Virus record (IMG/VR): IMGVR_UViG_3300020045_002918
Span: 1-48,359 of that record
Strand: one strand, 5' to 3'
Source: a virus
Lineage: Duplodnaviria > Caudoviricetes
Length of the DNA: 48,359 bases
This document shows positions 26,928-38,182 of this stretch, piece by piece; within the stretch, counting starts at the first letter, position 1; the number at the start of each line of letters is the position of its first letter. A model generated the notes under the pieces. That model saw nothing but the letters and a program-made list of their open reading frames with translations. It made no database searches and was not told the DNA's origin. Both the position numbers and the translations under genes were made by a program.

Positions 26928-29900
26928 ATGGAGAATGTAATTTTTAAATATAGCGACTTTTTCGAAGATGATGGCGGGATGGCTCGTGTTAAATCTGAAT
27001 TTGTGAAATTGGGGGATGAATTAATAGCAGAAGCCAAAAGAGTAAAATCAGAATTAAACAAAAATCTTTCATTTGATAATCCTGAAAGTGCATCGGCTTA
27101 TGAAAAGCAAGTTGAAAAAATGGTTGAAGTAAATAAGCAATATGAAAAATCATTAAAGGATTTAAATGCAGTTGCTGAAAGCCATCAAAAAGAAATAAAA
27201 GAAGCGATTGCCGTTGAAATTGCATTGGAAAAAGCCAAACAAGAATCAATCAAGACAACAAGACAAGAAATTCAAGCCGAAGGAGATTTGGCAAAAGCAA
27301 TAACAGCCGAAAACAATTCCATAAAATCTGGAATTGCTTTGCAGGAAGCCCAAAGAAGACAACGTGAAGCGTCTGAAAAGTCAATTAAAAAGGAGCAGGA
27401 TGCATACGGGCGTTTATCAGCGGAATTAAATACATTATTTAGAGCAACGGCAAGTTTGGCGGTTGAAATGTATGAATTAGAGCAAGCAGGATTGAAAACA
27501 AGTCCAGCTTATGCCCGTTTAGAATCTCAATTTAATACTTTTCAAGCAAGAACAACAAAATTAGATGGCGCATTAAAAACAATTGATGCGTCATTGGGAA
27601 GGCATCAAAGAAAAGTAGGAGAATACGAAAGGGGATATTCTGGTTTAAATAATGCGGTTGGACAAATAGCAAGGGAATTGCCAGCCTTTACATTTTCATT
27701 GCAAACTGGATTATTGGGGGTTTCGAATAACATTCCAATTTTAGTTGATGAAATAAACAGATTGAAGGTTGCAAATGCGGATTTATTAAAACAAGGAAAA
27801 CCAACACAAAGCATTTTGCAAGGTTTAGTGGGGGCGGTTTTTTCTTGGAACACAGCTATTTCAATAGGTATATTTTTAATAACTAAATATGCAAAAGAGA
27901 TTCAAGAATGGACAATGGCATTATTGGGCGGAAGTTCCGCATTGGATGAATTAAATGACAGACAAAAAGAATACAACAACCAAAAATTAGAAGGTAGGAA
28001 AAACGCACAAGGCGATATTATAGAATTAAGAAAATATTTGGCAGTTGTAAAGGATCAAAAAGTTTCAGACGAAGAAAGAAACATTGCTTTGAAAGCTTTG
28101 AGGGATCAATACCCTTTCTACTTTAAAAACTTAACTGATGCTCAAATTTTGGCGGGAAAATCAATAATTGCCGAAATGGAACTAACAAAAGCGTTGGAAA
28201 AAAGAAAAGAAATTGAAAAAAAGACAGAATTAAATGTAACTAATAAACAAAAATTAATTGATATTGATTTAGAGATTGAAAAAGAAAGGGAACTTTTAGA
28301 AAATAGAAGGGCAAATTTTAAGGAATTAAGTTCAATTCAGGGGATAAATCCAAACATAACATTGCAAGCGAGCAAAAGGCTTAGAGAATCAGAATTGATT
28401 TTGAATAAATTATTAAAAGAAAGAACAGCTATTAATAATATAAGTTTAAAAAATGACAGGGATATTTTTAAACTAAAAAAAGAAACAATTGCTTTAGAAT
28501 ACAAAGAAGAAAAACAAAGAAAAGACAAGGAAAAGCAATTGCAACAAATAAATAGTGTTGATTATTTGGCAAATGAATTTGAATTGAAGAAAAAAGTATT
28601 AGAAAATAATATTAAAATTAATGAAGAGATTTTCAATTCGGATAAATATACAGCTGAAACAAGAGTTGAAGCGCAAAAACAAATGGCTTCAGAGATGGTT
28701 GCTCTAGCCGAATTGGAAAGAAATGAACATTTGAGAGTTTTGAAAAATGCTTATAAAAAAGAAAGTACCGAAATGCTGAAGGATAGTGAAGGTAAAAAAA
28801 CGATTCATAAATATACAGCAAAAGGACTTTTGGAACTTGAAAAACAATACGGATTCAATAAAGAAATTATTCAAAAAGAATACAATGAAAAATTAAGACA
28901 GGCGCAAGAAAAAGCCGAAGGAGCATTTTATTTAGAAACTAGACAAAGGCAAATTGATAATTTGAAATATTTACAAAAAACATTATCAATGAATGCTGAT
29001 GTTTACAAAGCTTATTCCCGTCAAATTTCAATTATTCAGGAAGACATTAACAATGTTACAGATTTATCAAAAGTACTTGACGCAAGAGATAAATTATTAA
29101 TGAGTTCAGACGAATTAAAAAGAACTGAACAATTAACAAAGGATTTGGACAATGAATTGGAAAAAAGAGGCGCATTAAATTTGAGGCAATTAGAAAAGTT
29201 TCAAAAAAGACAGGAGCATATACAAAAAAATTCAGAAACTCAAAGAAAATTGCAACGAACTTATGCAATAGCCGAAGAGCAAAAGAGTTTTGAAAAAGGA
29301 ACAACTCAATTTGTGGCTTTGGAAACAGAACGACAAAATATTTTGACTTCATTGGAAAATGATGCTATAAAAGAAAGATTGCAGAATCAAAAGGATAATT
29401 ATGAACAATGGAAAGCTTTTGCAGATGATTTAAACCAACTTATTGAAAAGGTTTTGGATAGAATGATGGAAATCACGCAAAGAAGAGTGGATCAAGAAAC
29501 ACAAGCCGTTGAAAGCCAAAAAAAATCACTAGAAACGCAAGAAAGACGGGCGGAACTTGGATTGGAAAATACATTGGCTTTAGAGCAAAAAGCATTGGCA
29601 GAACGTGAAAGCATGTTGATTAAACAACAGAAAAAGGAAGAGCGTTTAAGAAAGATTCAATCTTTATGGACTTCGTATTCTAGTTATGCGGATAAAGACC
29701 CAGACACAGCAATTGCAAAAGCATTAAGGGATTTTGCTATTTTGGAAACAATTTCAGCAACGTTTGGAGATGGGGGAATACCAAATGACAAATTGCCAGC
29801 AGACGGAATTTTCAGGGGTCAATCTCATAAGGGAAACAATGGGGGAATTCCAATTTTAGTTGAAGGAAGAGAAGGGATTTTCAGCGCAAGAGAAATGGAC

Positions 29901-30194
29901 AATTTAGGAAAGGATAACTTTTATAAAATGAAAGACATTGCGGGACAAGGTAAAGTGGATTCAAATTTCTTCAGCAGACAAAGAAAACAATTTACTTCAA
30001 TTCAAAGGAGATCGCCAAAACAGCATAACAGCGAAGACGGTTGGAAAAAGGTTCGTGAAGCAATAGAAAACAAACCAGTTCCGAACTATGAAGTTGCAAG
30101 AATAGCAAATGGAACAATGGAACTTGTAGAAACTATTTTGACCAAAAACGGAGCAAAAAGGAATCATTATAAAACTAAAAAACCAAGATTATAA
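26928..30194 (+). CDS. Tape measure protein
   Basis: 1088 aa helical protein with QIARELPAF..SNNIPILVD motif and a hydrophobic segment. Confidence 0.85.
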   Translation: MENVIFKYSDFFEDDGGMARVKSEFVKLGDELIAEAKRVKSELNKNLSFDNPESASAYEKQVEKMVEVNKQYEKSLKDLNAVAESHQKEIKEAIAVEIALEKAKQESIKTTRQEIQAEGDLAKAITAENNSIKSGIALQEAQRRQREASEKSIKKEQDAYGRLSAELNTLFRATASLAVEMYELEQAGLKTSPAYARLESQFNTFQARTTKLDGALKTIDASLGRHQRKVGEYERGYSGLNNAVGQIARELPAFTFSLQTGLLGVSNNIPILVDEINRLKVANADLLKQGKPTQSILQGLVGAVFSWNTAISIGIFLITKYAKEIQEWTMALLGGSSALDELNDRQKEYNNQKLEGRKNAQGDIIELRKYLAVVKDQKVSDEERNIALKALRDQYPFYFKNLTDAQILAGKSIIAEMELTKALEKRKEIEKKTELNVTNKQKLIDIDLEIEKERELLENRRANFKELSSIQGINPNITLQASKRLRESELILNKLLKERTAINNISLKNDRDIFKLKKETIALEYKEEKQRKDKEKQLQQINSVDYLANEFELKKKVLENNIKINEEIFNSDKYTAETRVEAQKQMASEMVALAELERNEHLRVLKNAYKKESTEMLKDSEGKKTIHKYTAKGLLELEKQYGFNKEIIQKEYNEKLRQAQEKAEGAFYLETRQRQIDNLKYLQKTLSMNADVYKAYSRQISIIQEDINNVTDLSKVLDARDKLLMSSDELKRTEQLTKDLDNELEKRGALNLRQLEKFQKRQEHIQKNSETQRKLQRTYAIAEEQKSFEKGTTQFVALETERQNILTSLENDAIKERLQNQKDNYEQWKAFADDLNQLIEKVLDRMMEITQRRVDQETQAVESQKKSLETQERRAELGLENTLALEQKALAERESMLIKQQKKEERLRKIQSLWTSYSSYADKDPDTAIAKALRDFAILETISATFGDGGIPNDKLPADGIFRGQSHKGNNGGIPILVEGREGIFSAREMDNLGKDNFYKMKDIAGQGKVDSNFFSRQRKQFTSIQRRSPKQHNSEDGWKKVREAIENKPVPNYEVARIANGTMELVETILTKNGAKRNHYKTKKPRL

Positions 30195-30195
30195 A

Positions 30196-31950
30196 ATGGC
30201 TATTAGACACTATATAAGCGGAAGAGATTTTGGAGAACCGAGAGGCTGGCAAGATTTAGAAATTACAATTGACTGGATAAACAAGAAAGAATCAGGAACG
30301 ATAAACGTTTCTGATTTGGCTTTTGTGGAAAGAGCGAATGAATATTTACAAAGCAGAATATTAGATGGACTTTTGGGAGGTGTGGGAATTTTTGAAGGTG
30401 AACCGTATAAAATTACCGTTGGAGATGAAACAGACCCAGAATTTATATTTGATGGTTTTTTAGATTTTACACAGGATATAACAGTTTTAGGAGGTGAAGA
30501 AATAATTTGCGCTTTAAAAACAACAAAAGGTGATGATTGGTTGAATGATGTTGCGGACGGTTTTTCAATGGCTTCATTGTATCAACTTGGAATTATAAAA
30601 GCAAGTGATTTCGTAAAAGTGCCTTATGTTATAAACTTTGTTCCAGATAATACGCAAATAGTTGTTTTAGGGATGGCGATTTTTATGATGTCGAAAGAAC
30701 TTGCTGAAAATGTTTTGGCATTAGCGCAAGTAATAGCGGATGTTACAAACGCTTCAATTCCTGTTTTGGGTGTTTCGGTTGGTTTAGGTGCGGGAGTTGT
30801 TACGGCTTGGGATTTTGGGGATTGGGCTATGGTTGCAATAAAGGCACTTGCAAGGCTTGCTTATATCATAGCGATTGCAATTGCGATTGTTAAGCTTATA
30901 GATCAAATATTTGAACAGTTTTTACCAGAGAAGAGATTTCATTTAGGAATGACTTATAGAAGAATGTTTGAAAGGTCATGTGAACATTTAGGAATGCAAT
31001 TTTATTCAGACATTGCGGAACTTGACAGCGTACATTTACCAGTTAAAAGCAAAAAAGGAGGTTCAAAAGGAGAAACAGGATTCCCGACAATTGACGAACC
31101 AATTTCAGGATTTGGCGATTTAATACGCACAATGAAATTAATGTTTAATGCAGATTACAAAATATATAATAATACATTTTACTTTCAAAGAAGAGATAAA
31201 TTTGCGCTTCCTGTTTCGTATAAAATGCCATCGTATTTTGTGGATCAGCAAAGGAAACTTGATCCGCATGGTTTTAATACTGATGAAATGGTGGGTAATT
31301 ACACAATTATTTATTTATATGATGTACAAGACCAAAACACATTGGATAATTCAGAAGGAAGAGTATTTCAGGCTATAACTTCGCCAATAACAACAAAGAA
31401 TAAAGATTTCACAATGATTAAGGGATTGACACAAATTCAAATTCCTTTTTCATTAGGTTTAGAAAAAACAAATCTTACAACAGTTGAAGAAATTGCAAAA
31501 GTATTAGCAAACATTGTTGATGGATTGACAGGGATTTTTGGAGGTGGCACGGATTATTCATCAAAAATAAATAATAGAATTGGATCGTTGCTTTTGTCTT
31601 CACATTCAACAACAATTGGAAAAATAATAAAAATGAGCGGTTCGAAGTTGGCAACGAATCAAAGAACGGTTTTAAGTGCAAAAATACTTTTTGATAAATA
31701 TCATTTAATAAATTCATTTGCTGAATATTTGGGTGAACACAATCAATTTTGGAAATATAAAGCGCAACCAGTAACAATGCCTATTTCAGATTTTAAATTG
31801 TTACTAAATAATAATCAGGCAACGGATGATTTTGGACAACAATATGAAATCGAAAGAGTTATTTACAATCCAGAAAAAACAACAGCAACAATTGATTACA
31901 GAGTAAAAAGAAAATACACTAACAACCTAAAATTAAATTTTGTAGAATGA
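30196..31950 (+). CDS. Minor tail protein
   Basis: Follows tape measure; long hydrophobic helical insert. Confidence 0.6.
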   Translation: MAIRHYISGRDFGEPRGWQDLEITIDWINKKESGTINVSDLAFVERANEYLQSRILDGLLGGVGIFEGEPYKITVGDETDPEFIFDGFLDFTQDITVLGGEEIICALKTTKGDDWLNDVADGFSMASLYQLGIIKASDFVKVPYVINFVPDNTQIVVLGMAIFMMSKELAENVLALAQVIADVTNASIPVLGVSVGLGAGVVTAWDFGDWAMVAIKALARLAYIIAIAIAIVKLIDQIFEQFLPEKRFHLGMTYRRMFERSCEHLGMQFYSDIAELDSVHLPVKSKKGGSKGETGFPTIDEPISGFGDLIRTMKLMFNADYKIYNNTFYFQRRDKFALPVSYKMPSYFVDQQRKLDPHGFNTDEMVGNYTIIYLYDVQDQNTLDNSEGRVFQAITSPITTKNKDFTMIKGLTQIQIPFSLGLEKTNLTTVEEIAKVLANIVDGLTGIFGGGTDYSSKINNRIGSLLLSSHSTTIGKIIKMSGSKLATNQRTVLSAKILFDKYHLINSFAEYLGEHNQFWKYKAQPVTMPISDFKLLLNNNQATDDFGQQYEIERVIYNPEKTTATIDYRVKRKYTNNLKLNFVE

Positions 31951-32198
31951 ATATAGATGATATAAAAGAAAGAGCAAGGGTTTCAATGGAAGCTATAAAG
32001 CAAATGCGGGAACAGGAAAAAATTTTTGAAGGAGTAATCAAAGAAGCTATTAAAAACGCACCTGAAGAAGCAAAAAAAGATATTTCAAGATTTAATGATT
32101 TATTTATGGATGTTAAAAGATTAGCAAAAAGCGGTGATATTTCGCAAGCTGAAGAATTAATAAAAAACTTTGATTATGCCAGTAAAAATAATAAATAG
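31947..32198 (+). CDS. Hypothetical protein
   Basis: ATGA-coupled. Confidence 0.65.
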   Translation: MNIDDIKERARVSMEAIKQMREQEKIFEGVIKEAIKNAPEEAKKDISRFNDLFMDVKRLAKSGDISQAEELIKNFDYASKNNK

Positions 32199-34686
32199 GG
32201 GTTACGATGGAATTTTCGAAAGCGGGACAACAGATTGGTTGTTGGGAAATGTTGGAGATTGGCAAACACTTTTATTGAAGGTTGAATCATCAGTTGATTA
32301 TATTGCTACACAACAAGAGCCAATCCAAATTGATTACATTAACAAATCTTTTAAACTTGCCAGCGGAAAGACATGGGGCGGATTAGGATTCGATAATGGA
32401 ATGGTGGCAACTTTAGAGTATTTATATTCTACAGATGCAGACAATGACGGTACTTTTGAAACAAATGTTTTGGTAACGCAAAATTTTAGTATTTCAAATG
32501 TTTTCAGTTCAACAATGGAAGTGTTGCAGGATATTGATGGAAAAGAATTTGACACAATCCCAAATAACTATGGGACTAGAAAAATAAGTCAAGTAAAAAT
32601 TTATGTTGATAAATTGCCAGAAGGATGTAAAATTAAATATGCTCATGTAGTAAATGAAAATGCATCTAGTGCGACATTAACTTCTTTTATTGATGGAAGT
32701 ACAACGGAATTTGTAAAACCAAATATTGCAAATAATGGAACTTTTCAGCAAATGGAAGCCGTTGGCGAACAATCTGGAATGTCTATCAGGACAATAGAAG
32801 TAAAATCAAATGGGAAGAAGCCAGGAACAGACAACGTTTATCAATACGATATAAAAATAAGCTATATGATTTCTTCAATATTTGAAGATTTAGCAACAAT
32901 GTTGGCAAATAAAATACCATCATATTTACTTGGGAACGGTTCTTTAGCTGATAATTTTTCAATTCAATTTTTTCCAGAATGGAATAATCCAAACGTAAAA
33001 ATTCAGAATGATCCAAAAGAAACTGTTAGATTGGGGAATACAGGATGGTTTGATGAAAACTTCAATCAGTTAAAAAATGATTTTAAGATAGCTTCAGTGC
33101 AATATTTTGATTTAAACGGTAATCAAGTAGAGGCGTTGGACTATGTAACGCAAACTAAGGTTAAAATAGTTATTTCGGGTGTTCCTAATCTTAATTCACA
33201 AACTAAATGCGGTTTCGGTTTCGCTTGGATTCCAGAAAATGACGAAGAATTCAAGAATTTGGAAACTCCTTTTTATCGAAATTGCTTTGTACAATCAGGG
33301 AAAATTGATGCAGGATTCATTTTAAATACACTTTACACGGACACAAATTTTGGTGCGGGTGTAAATGGTGCATCGATTGACACGGATAACGTAAGATTTA
33401 CAGCATTAGGAACACAAATAATAATGGAAGCGGTATTTATACCAAATCCAAATTTTATTGCAACATTCGAAGCAAAAGAAGCTGACAACAGAAATTATGT
33501 GCTTTGGGTTTCGGTTGCGGATAGTTCTTTGACACCTAGAAACTTTTCGGATAGAGTTTCATTACTTGCTGATATTAATTCATTAGTGAAGAGCATTCCG
33601 CCAGCTGGCGAATATCCTTATTTGGATAATATGTTTTTGGAACACCCATTTAGTGAAACAGCAATAGGAGTTGAATTATTGGAAGGGATTTCGCAAGATG
33701 ATTTCCTTTGCCGAATGCCATTCAGAATAAAAAGGGACGGGAATTTATTTCAAAGAATGGAATTTGGCGTTGAAGCTTATAACATAGGGTTGAATTATTC
33801 TTTTAATTTAGAGAAATACGAAGTTGATTTAACTGGTTACCCAATTGATTCAAACGGAATACAGCAATTTAATTTTAATCAAATAAGAGGTTTCAAATTA
33901 AATCAGGGAAACAATAAAAATTGGGTAAAAATACAAAGATCAACGCCAATAGATACAAATGAATTTAATGGATATATTGCCTATTTTGGAACGAAGATTC
34001 GTTGGGAAGATTGGTTGTTGAATCAGAATACAACGGGATTTTTCTTTGATAAAAACGAATTAAACAACGGTTACAATAATAATTGGATTCATTATTTAAG
34101 GACTTCAGGTTTTGTCATAAATTTTTATGTGAAAATAAATTCATTAGAAAATGGCGAAATAGTGCAGTACAAAAACCAATTTAGATTCAAATTTGTTGAT
34201 ACTGATGAAAACGAAAATGTACAATCAACAACTACTTATTTAAGAAATTCAGATAATACAATTTTAAATGTTGGAACTGATCCAGAAACGGGAAGACCTT
34301 TGGGCGTAATACTTTCAAATGAGCCAACAAGAATTGAAATTGAATTTGACATTTTAGATGATGGAATTTGGGACATAACAAAAAATTACGCAACGATAAC
34401 ACTTGAAATTGATAAAGGAGCGGGAGAATTTGAAATGAGGCAAATATCATCAGTTTGTGAACCTGAAGGCGATAACCCATTAAGACCGATTACAGGCGAA
34501 ACAAAATTAAAAGTTGAAGTTGATGGGACGGGAAAAATATGGAAATCAAGTTGTTTGGTTGATCCTGAATTATTAGCAAAAGCCGAAAGATACAGAATAA
34601 CAGGGCGTGTTGGATGTAGTGAAGAAGCAGAAGGGGAATTTAATGAAGGATTATATGAATTTAGATATGAAGAAACTTACGAATAA
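32176..34686 (+). CDS. Tail/baseplate protein
   Basis: 836 aa, beta-rich, in the tail module. Confidence 0.6.
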   Translation: MPVKIINRGYDGIFESGTTDWLLGNVGDWQTLLLKVESSVDYIATQQEPIQIDYINKSFKLASGKTWGGLGFDNGMVATLEYLYSTDADNDGTFETNVLVTQNFSISNVFSSTMEVLQDIDGKEFDTIPNNYGTRKISQVKIYVDKLPEGCKIKYAHVVNENASSATLTSFIDGSTTEFVKPNIANNGTFQQMEAVGEQSGMSIRTIEVKSNGKKPGTDNVYQYDIKISYMISSIFEDLATMLANKIPSYLLGNGSLADNFSIQFFPEWNNPNVKIQNDPKETVRLGNTGWFDENFNQLKNDFKIASVQYFDLNGNQVEALDYVTQTKVKIVISGVPNLNSQTKCGFGFAWIPENDEEFKNLETPFYRNCFVQSGKIDAGFILNTLYTDTNFGAGVNGASIDTDNVRFTALGTQIIMEAVFIPNPNFIATFEAKEADNRNYVLWVSVADSSLTPRNFSDRVSLLADINSLVKSIPPAGEYPYLDNMFLEHPFSETAIGVELLEGISQDDFLCRMPFRIKRDGNLFQRMEFGVEAYNIGLNYSFNLEKYEVDLTGYPIDSNGIQQFNFNQIRGFKLNQGNNKNWVKIQRSTPIDTNEFNGYIAYFGTKIRWEDWLLNQNTTGFFFDKNELNNGYNNNWIHYLRTSGFVINFYVKINSLENGEIVQYKNQFRFKFVDTDENENVQSTTTYLRNSDNTILNVGTDPETGRPLGVILSNEPTRIEIEFDILDDGIWDITKNYATITLEIDKGAGEFEMRQISSVCEPEGDNPLRPITGETKLKVEVDGTGKIWKSSCLVDPELLAKAERYRITGRVGCSEEAEGEFNEGLYEFRYEETYE

Positions 34687-34700
34687 TTAAAAGCTGAAAA

Positions 34701-36116
34701 ATGGATAATTTAAATTTAATAAAAGACAGGATAAACCAAGACATTGACCCAGCGGGTGCGCCAAATTCTATTCTTGCAATTAATCATAATGAAATTGAAC
34801 AATCAATATTATCAAGTACGGGAAAATATGTTGGTTCTTGTTATACAGCTGTAAAAACTGCAACAATTTTCAATAGTGGTGTTTTTTCATGGGAAGGAAA
34901 CGCAATGAATAATGTTGCAGATTTCACCATTAAGGTATCGAAGAAAACGACAGATTTAAATGATTTTGGAGTATTATTAAATACTTTGGTTGAAACTGAT
35001 ATTATACAATTCAAAGATTTTGCGGGAAGATGCATTTATTTAGTATTCAAAAGTTTTTCAACGGGAACAGATGGAAGCGGAAATGATATTTATAATATTG
35101 TTGTAGCTGGATTGGCGGATAATCCAAATTATGTATATCAGACAAATGAAAATCAAATTTGTATTTTAAGTCTATGTAAACAAATTGTGCCAGTTACGGG
35201 ATTTGTGCCAGCGGGAGGCTATGCAGGAAGCGGACAAGATTTAAAAGATGAAATTGATACGAAATTAAATATTGCAGATTACAACGACAGATGGAAAGGG
35301 AAGTATACTTCTTATGCGCTTCTTATTTCAGCACACCCAACGGCAAACGCTGGAGATTATGCGCAAGTAGATGAAGGATCGGGATTTGATGTAATAAATT
35401 ATAATTATGACTTAGAAGACGGATGGATTGACGGCGGTTCGGGAAGTAGCGCAACAAATACGGACATGTTGCCAGAAGGATCAAGTAATTTGTATTGGAC
35501 AACTGCAAGGGGATTGGCTTTGGTGTTAAGTGGTTTAACTGCTTCAGCGGGGACATTTACTTCATCAGATACGCTAATTACTGCGTTTGGTAAAATTAAA
35601 TATTTGATTGATAATATAGCTTCAATTTATCAAGTCATTTTGACTGATGTGAATTTTGGTGCGTTTATAAATGGATTGACAGCAAAGACAACTCCAATTG
35701 ATGCTGATTATGCATTATACATGGATAGTGCTGATTCAAATAAAGCTAAAAAAGTTTCATGGTTAAATATAAAAGCAACTTTGAAAGCTTATTTCGATAC
35801 ATTTTATTTAGTTCCACAAATTACAATAACACTTACAGGAAATATAACAACTGCCACGACTGATGCGTCTGGGTATGGTCAAAATGGAAGGCATAATCTT
35901 CTTGATAATGGTGCAACTGCACGAAATCTAACTTGCAATGGAGGTGTAACAGCTTCTTATGGAAGAATAGGCACGGGAACAATAACATTTGTTCAGGGTT
36001 CAGGGCGTACTTTAGTTCAATTGGCTGGAACAAATGTCCTTAATGGAATTGCAGGAAGTACAGCTACTTTGTGGAGTAATGGAACAACTGATTATTTATT
36101 AATTACAAATTATTAA
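34701..36116 (+). CDS. Tail fibre/appendage protein
   Basis: T/G/A-rich; TDMLPEGSSNLYWT and DTLITAFGKI fibre-like motifs. Confidence 0.65.
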   Translation: MDNLNLIKDRINQDIDPAGAPNSILAINHNEIEQSILSSTGKYVGSCYTAVKTATIFNSGVFSWEGNAMNNVADFTIKVSKKTTDLNDFGVLLNTLVETDIIQFKDFAGRCIYLVFKSFSTGTDGSGNDIYNIVVAGLADNPNYVYQTNENQICILSLCKQIVPVTGFVPAGGYAGSGQDLKDEIDTKLNIADYNDRWKGKYTSYALLISAHPTANAGDYAQVDEGSGFDVINYNYDLEDGWIDGGSGSSATNTDMLPEGSSNLYWTTARGLALVLSGLTASAGTFTSSDTLITAFGKIKYLIDNIASIYQVILTDVNFGAFINGLTAKTTPIDADYALYMDSADSNKAKKVSWLNIKATLKAYFDTFYLVPQITITLTGNITTATTDASGYGQNGRHNLLDNGATARNLTCNGGVTASYGRIGTGTITFVQGSGRTLVQLAGTNVLNGIAGSTATLWSNGTTDYLLITNY

Positions 36117-36120
36117 AATT

Positions 36121-36888
36121 ATGTTTAATTCAATTTTATTTAATACTGGAATACCAATGAGTAGTCCGAAAACAAATCCAACTAATACTGATTTAGTGGC
36201 GTATTATAATTTAGATTCAAATACTAACGATCAAACAGGATTAAGCCCAAATGGAGTTGCTACGGGGATAGATTATGTAGCAGGAAAAACAGGAACATGT
36301 GCTAGATTTAATCTAGGAACGGATAGAATTACAATTGCAGATTCTAATAATTTAAGTTTCACTAATGGAAGCGGTACGGATATACCTTTTTCTATATCAA
36401 TGTGGGTTTATTTTACAGGTTTTAATAGTACGGGAAATTGGTTTATAAACAAAAGAGATGCTGAACCAACGGTTAACATATCTGAATGGCAATTTATTTA
36501 TGCAAATTCTAGGCTTAGTTTTACGAAATTTGATTCTACATCGGTTATTTCTCAAGGAGTATCAACAGATGTAAATCCTTTTTCTTTAAACGCATGGTAT
36601 TTTATAACATTTACAGATGATGGAAGTAAAACAAATGCAGGAATGAAAATATATATAAATTCATTTTTAAAAACAGTTATAAACAATAATAATGGTACTT
36701 ATATAGGAATGTCAAATACAAATAAAAATACTACAATAGGGGTTCTTTCATCAACTACAGCTCCAAATATAGCAACCGCACATCAAGGCTATATTGAAGA
36801 TGTGGGCATATGGAAGAATAAAGTATTAACACAAGCGGAAATAAATTATTTGTATAATGCAAATAGGGCAAATATTTATCCATTTTAA
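36121..36888 (+). CDS. LamG/concanavalin-A-like domain protein (receptor-binding candidate)
   Basis: LVAYYNLD, FSISMWV, WYFITFT, GYIEDVGIWKNKVLTQAEINYLYN. Confidence 0.8.
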   Translation: MFNSILFNTGIPMSSPKTNPTNTDLVAYYNLDSNTNDQTGLSPNGVATGIDYVAGKTGTCARFNLGTDRITIADSNNLSFTNGSGTDIPFSISMWVYFTGFNSTGNWFINKRDAEPTVNISEWQFIYANSRLSFTKFDSTSVISQGVSTDVNPFSLNAWYFITFTDDGSKTNAGMKIYINSFLKTVINNNNGTYIGMSNTNKNTTIGVLSSTTAPNIATAHQGYIEDVGIWKNKVLTQAEINYLYNANRANIYPF

Positions 36889-36894
36889 AAAAAC

Positions 36895-36924
36895 AAAACC
36901 CGCTAAAACAGCGGGTTTATTTTT
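36895..36924. terminator. Bidirectional terminator between convergent genes
   Basis: AAACCCGCT-aaaac-AGCGGGTTT flanked by A- and T-runs. Confidence 0.7.
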
Positions 36925-36928
36925 AGAA

Positions 36929-37720
36929 TTAATTTCCAACTTTGGTATTTGCAGCGCCTTGTGAACCAGACCCAGCCATTGTGCCAGAATTGAAAATGAC
37001 TTGTCCTTGCTTAACCGCTTGAATATCCCCAGCTAAATGATTAAACAACTGAAACAATTGGGCGAATTGTGTTTGTTGTTGTTGTTGTGCTTGTGCTTGC
37101 ACTTGCGCTTGGTTTACTTGTTGAGTTACATTAATTTCAACATCTCTACTTCTTGAATCAAATCTTTGACTTGCTAATTGTGTTTCAAGTTCTGAAATTC
37201 TGTTTTGGTCTATTTTGCTTGATAAATTACAAATTGCACCTAAAATATCTTTAGTATTGTTATTATCATTCAAAAGAATTGCAGTAGTTCCATTTTGGAC
37301 AGAATCTTTAACATTTGTAGTTGCTTGCAATTGAGCCAATCCAACTTGATTGATTTGGTTTGTAATTGAGGCAGTTTGTTCAAGTATTGAATTTTGGGTC
37401 TGCAATGCAGAAAGCGGAATTGCGCCTTCAATAGAACCTAATTTACTCAAAATATTTGTTCCAAAAATACTTGTTGAAAGGTCATTTTTTCCATTACAAT
37501 CGCCATGATTTCCAAAACCACGATTACCAAATAAAGTTGCCAATAAAATTGCTTCAAGACCAATTCCATTGCCATAATTACCATTATTGCCATAATTGCC
37601 AGAATAGCAATAAGGCGGGTTGGAAACAAATGTAGGCGCAATAATTGGCGCATCTGCTCCAGATTGTCCGTAACCTTCTGAAATACGAACAGGACTAACA
37701 TTAAATTCATTTTCTCGCAT
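36929..37720 (-). CDS. Hypothetical N/G-rich then Q-rich coiled-coil protein; the only credible minus-strand gene
   Basis: 263 aa from ATG 37720; no competing long + ORF; converges on the terminator. Confidence 0.8.
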   Translation of the reverse strand: MRENEFNVSPVRISEGYGQSGADAPIIAPTFVSNPPYCYSGNYGNNGNYGNGIGLEAILLATLFGNRGFGNHGDCNGKNDLSTSIFGTNILSKLGSIEGAIPLSALQTQNSILEQTASITNQINQVGLAQLQATTNVKDSVQNGTTAILLNDNNNTKDILGAICNLSSKIDQNRISELETQLASQRFDSRSRDVEINVTQQVNQAQVQAQAQQQQQTQFAQLFQLFNHLAGDIQAVKQGQVIFNSGTMAGSGSQGAANTKVGN

Positions 37721-37857
37721 GATTTCAAATATTAAATTGTTAATAATATTCAAAATTATGACGGTGAAAAAAATATATCTCAACACTAAAATATCAGCAT
37801 TTAAAAGGTAGTAGTTAACTACTAATTAATGAGTTATAATTTTTATAATTTTGTAAG

Positions 37858-38112
37858 ATGCAAGAAGATTTGAACATAGGGCAAATTGAAAAATATACAA
37901 GAAATCAAGTGTTGAATATTGCTTGCAATATGCGAAAATTCAGGAAAGACAATAATTATACTCAAATGGATTTAGCTGTAAAATTAGATTGTTCAGATTC
38001 TTTTATTTCAGGAGTTGAACGGGGGATTTATTTAGAATTAAATTTACTTACGTTAAATAAAATATGTTTTTTATTTGGGGTTTCATTGGAGGAATTGACA
38101 ACTATAAAATGA
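37858..38112 (+). CDS. XRE-family HTH regulator
   Basis: RKFRKDNNYTQMDLAVKLDCSDSFISGVERG. Confidence 0.85.
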   Translation: MQEDLNIGQIEKYTRNQVLNIACNMRKFRKDNNYTQMDLAVKLDCSDSFISGVERGIYLELNLLTLNKICFLFGVSLEELTTIK

Positions 38113-38182
38113 TGAAAATTAAAATATAAATCCTATTGAATTTATTTAGCTAATTTTGTATTTATTAATTAAATACAAAGCA

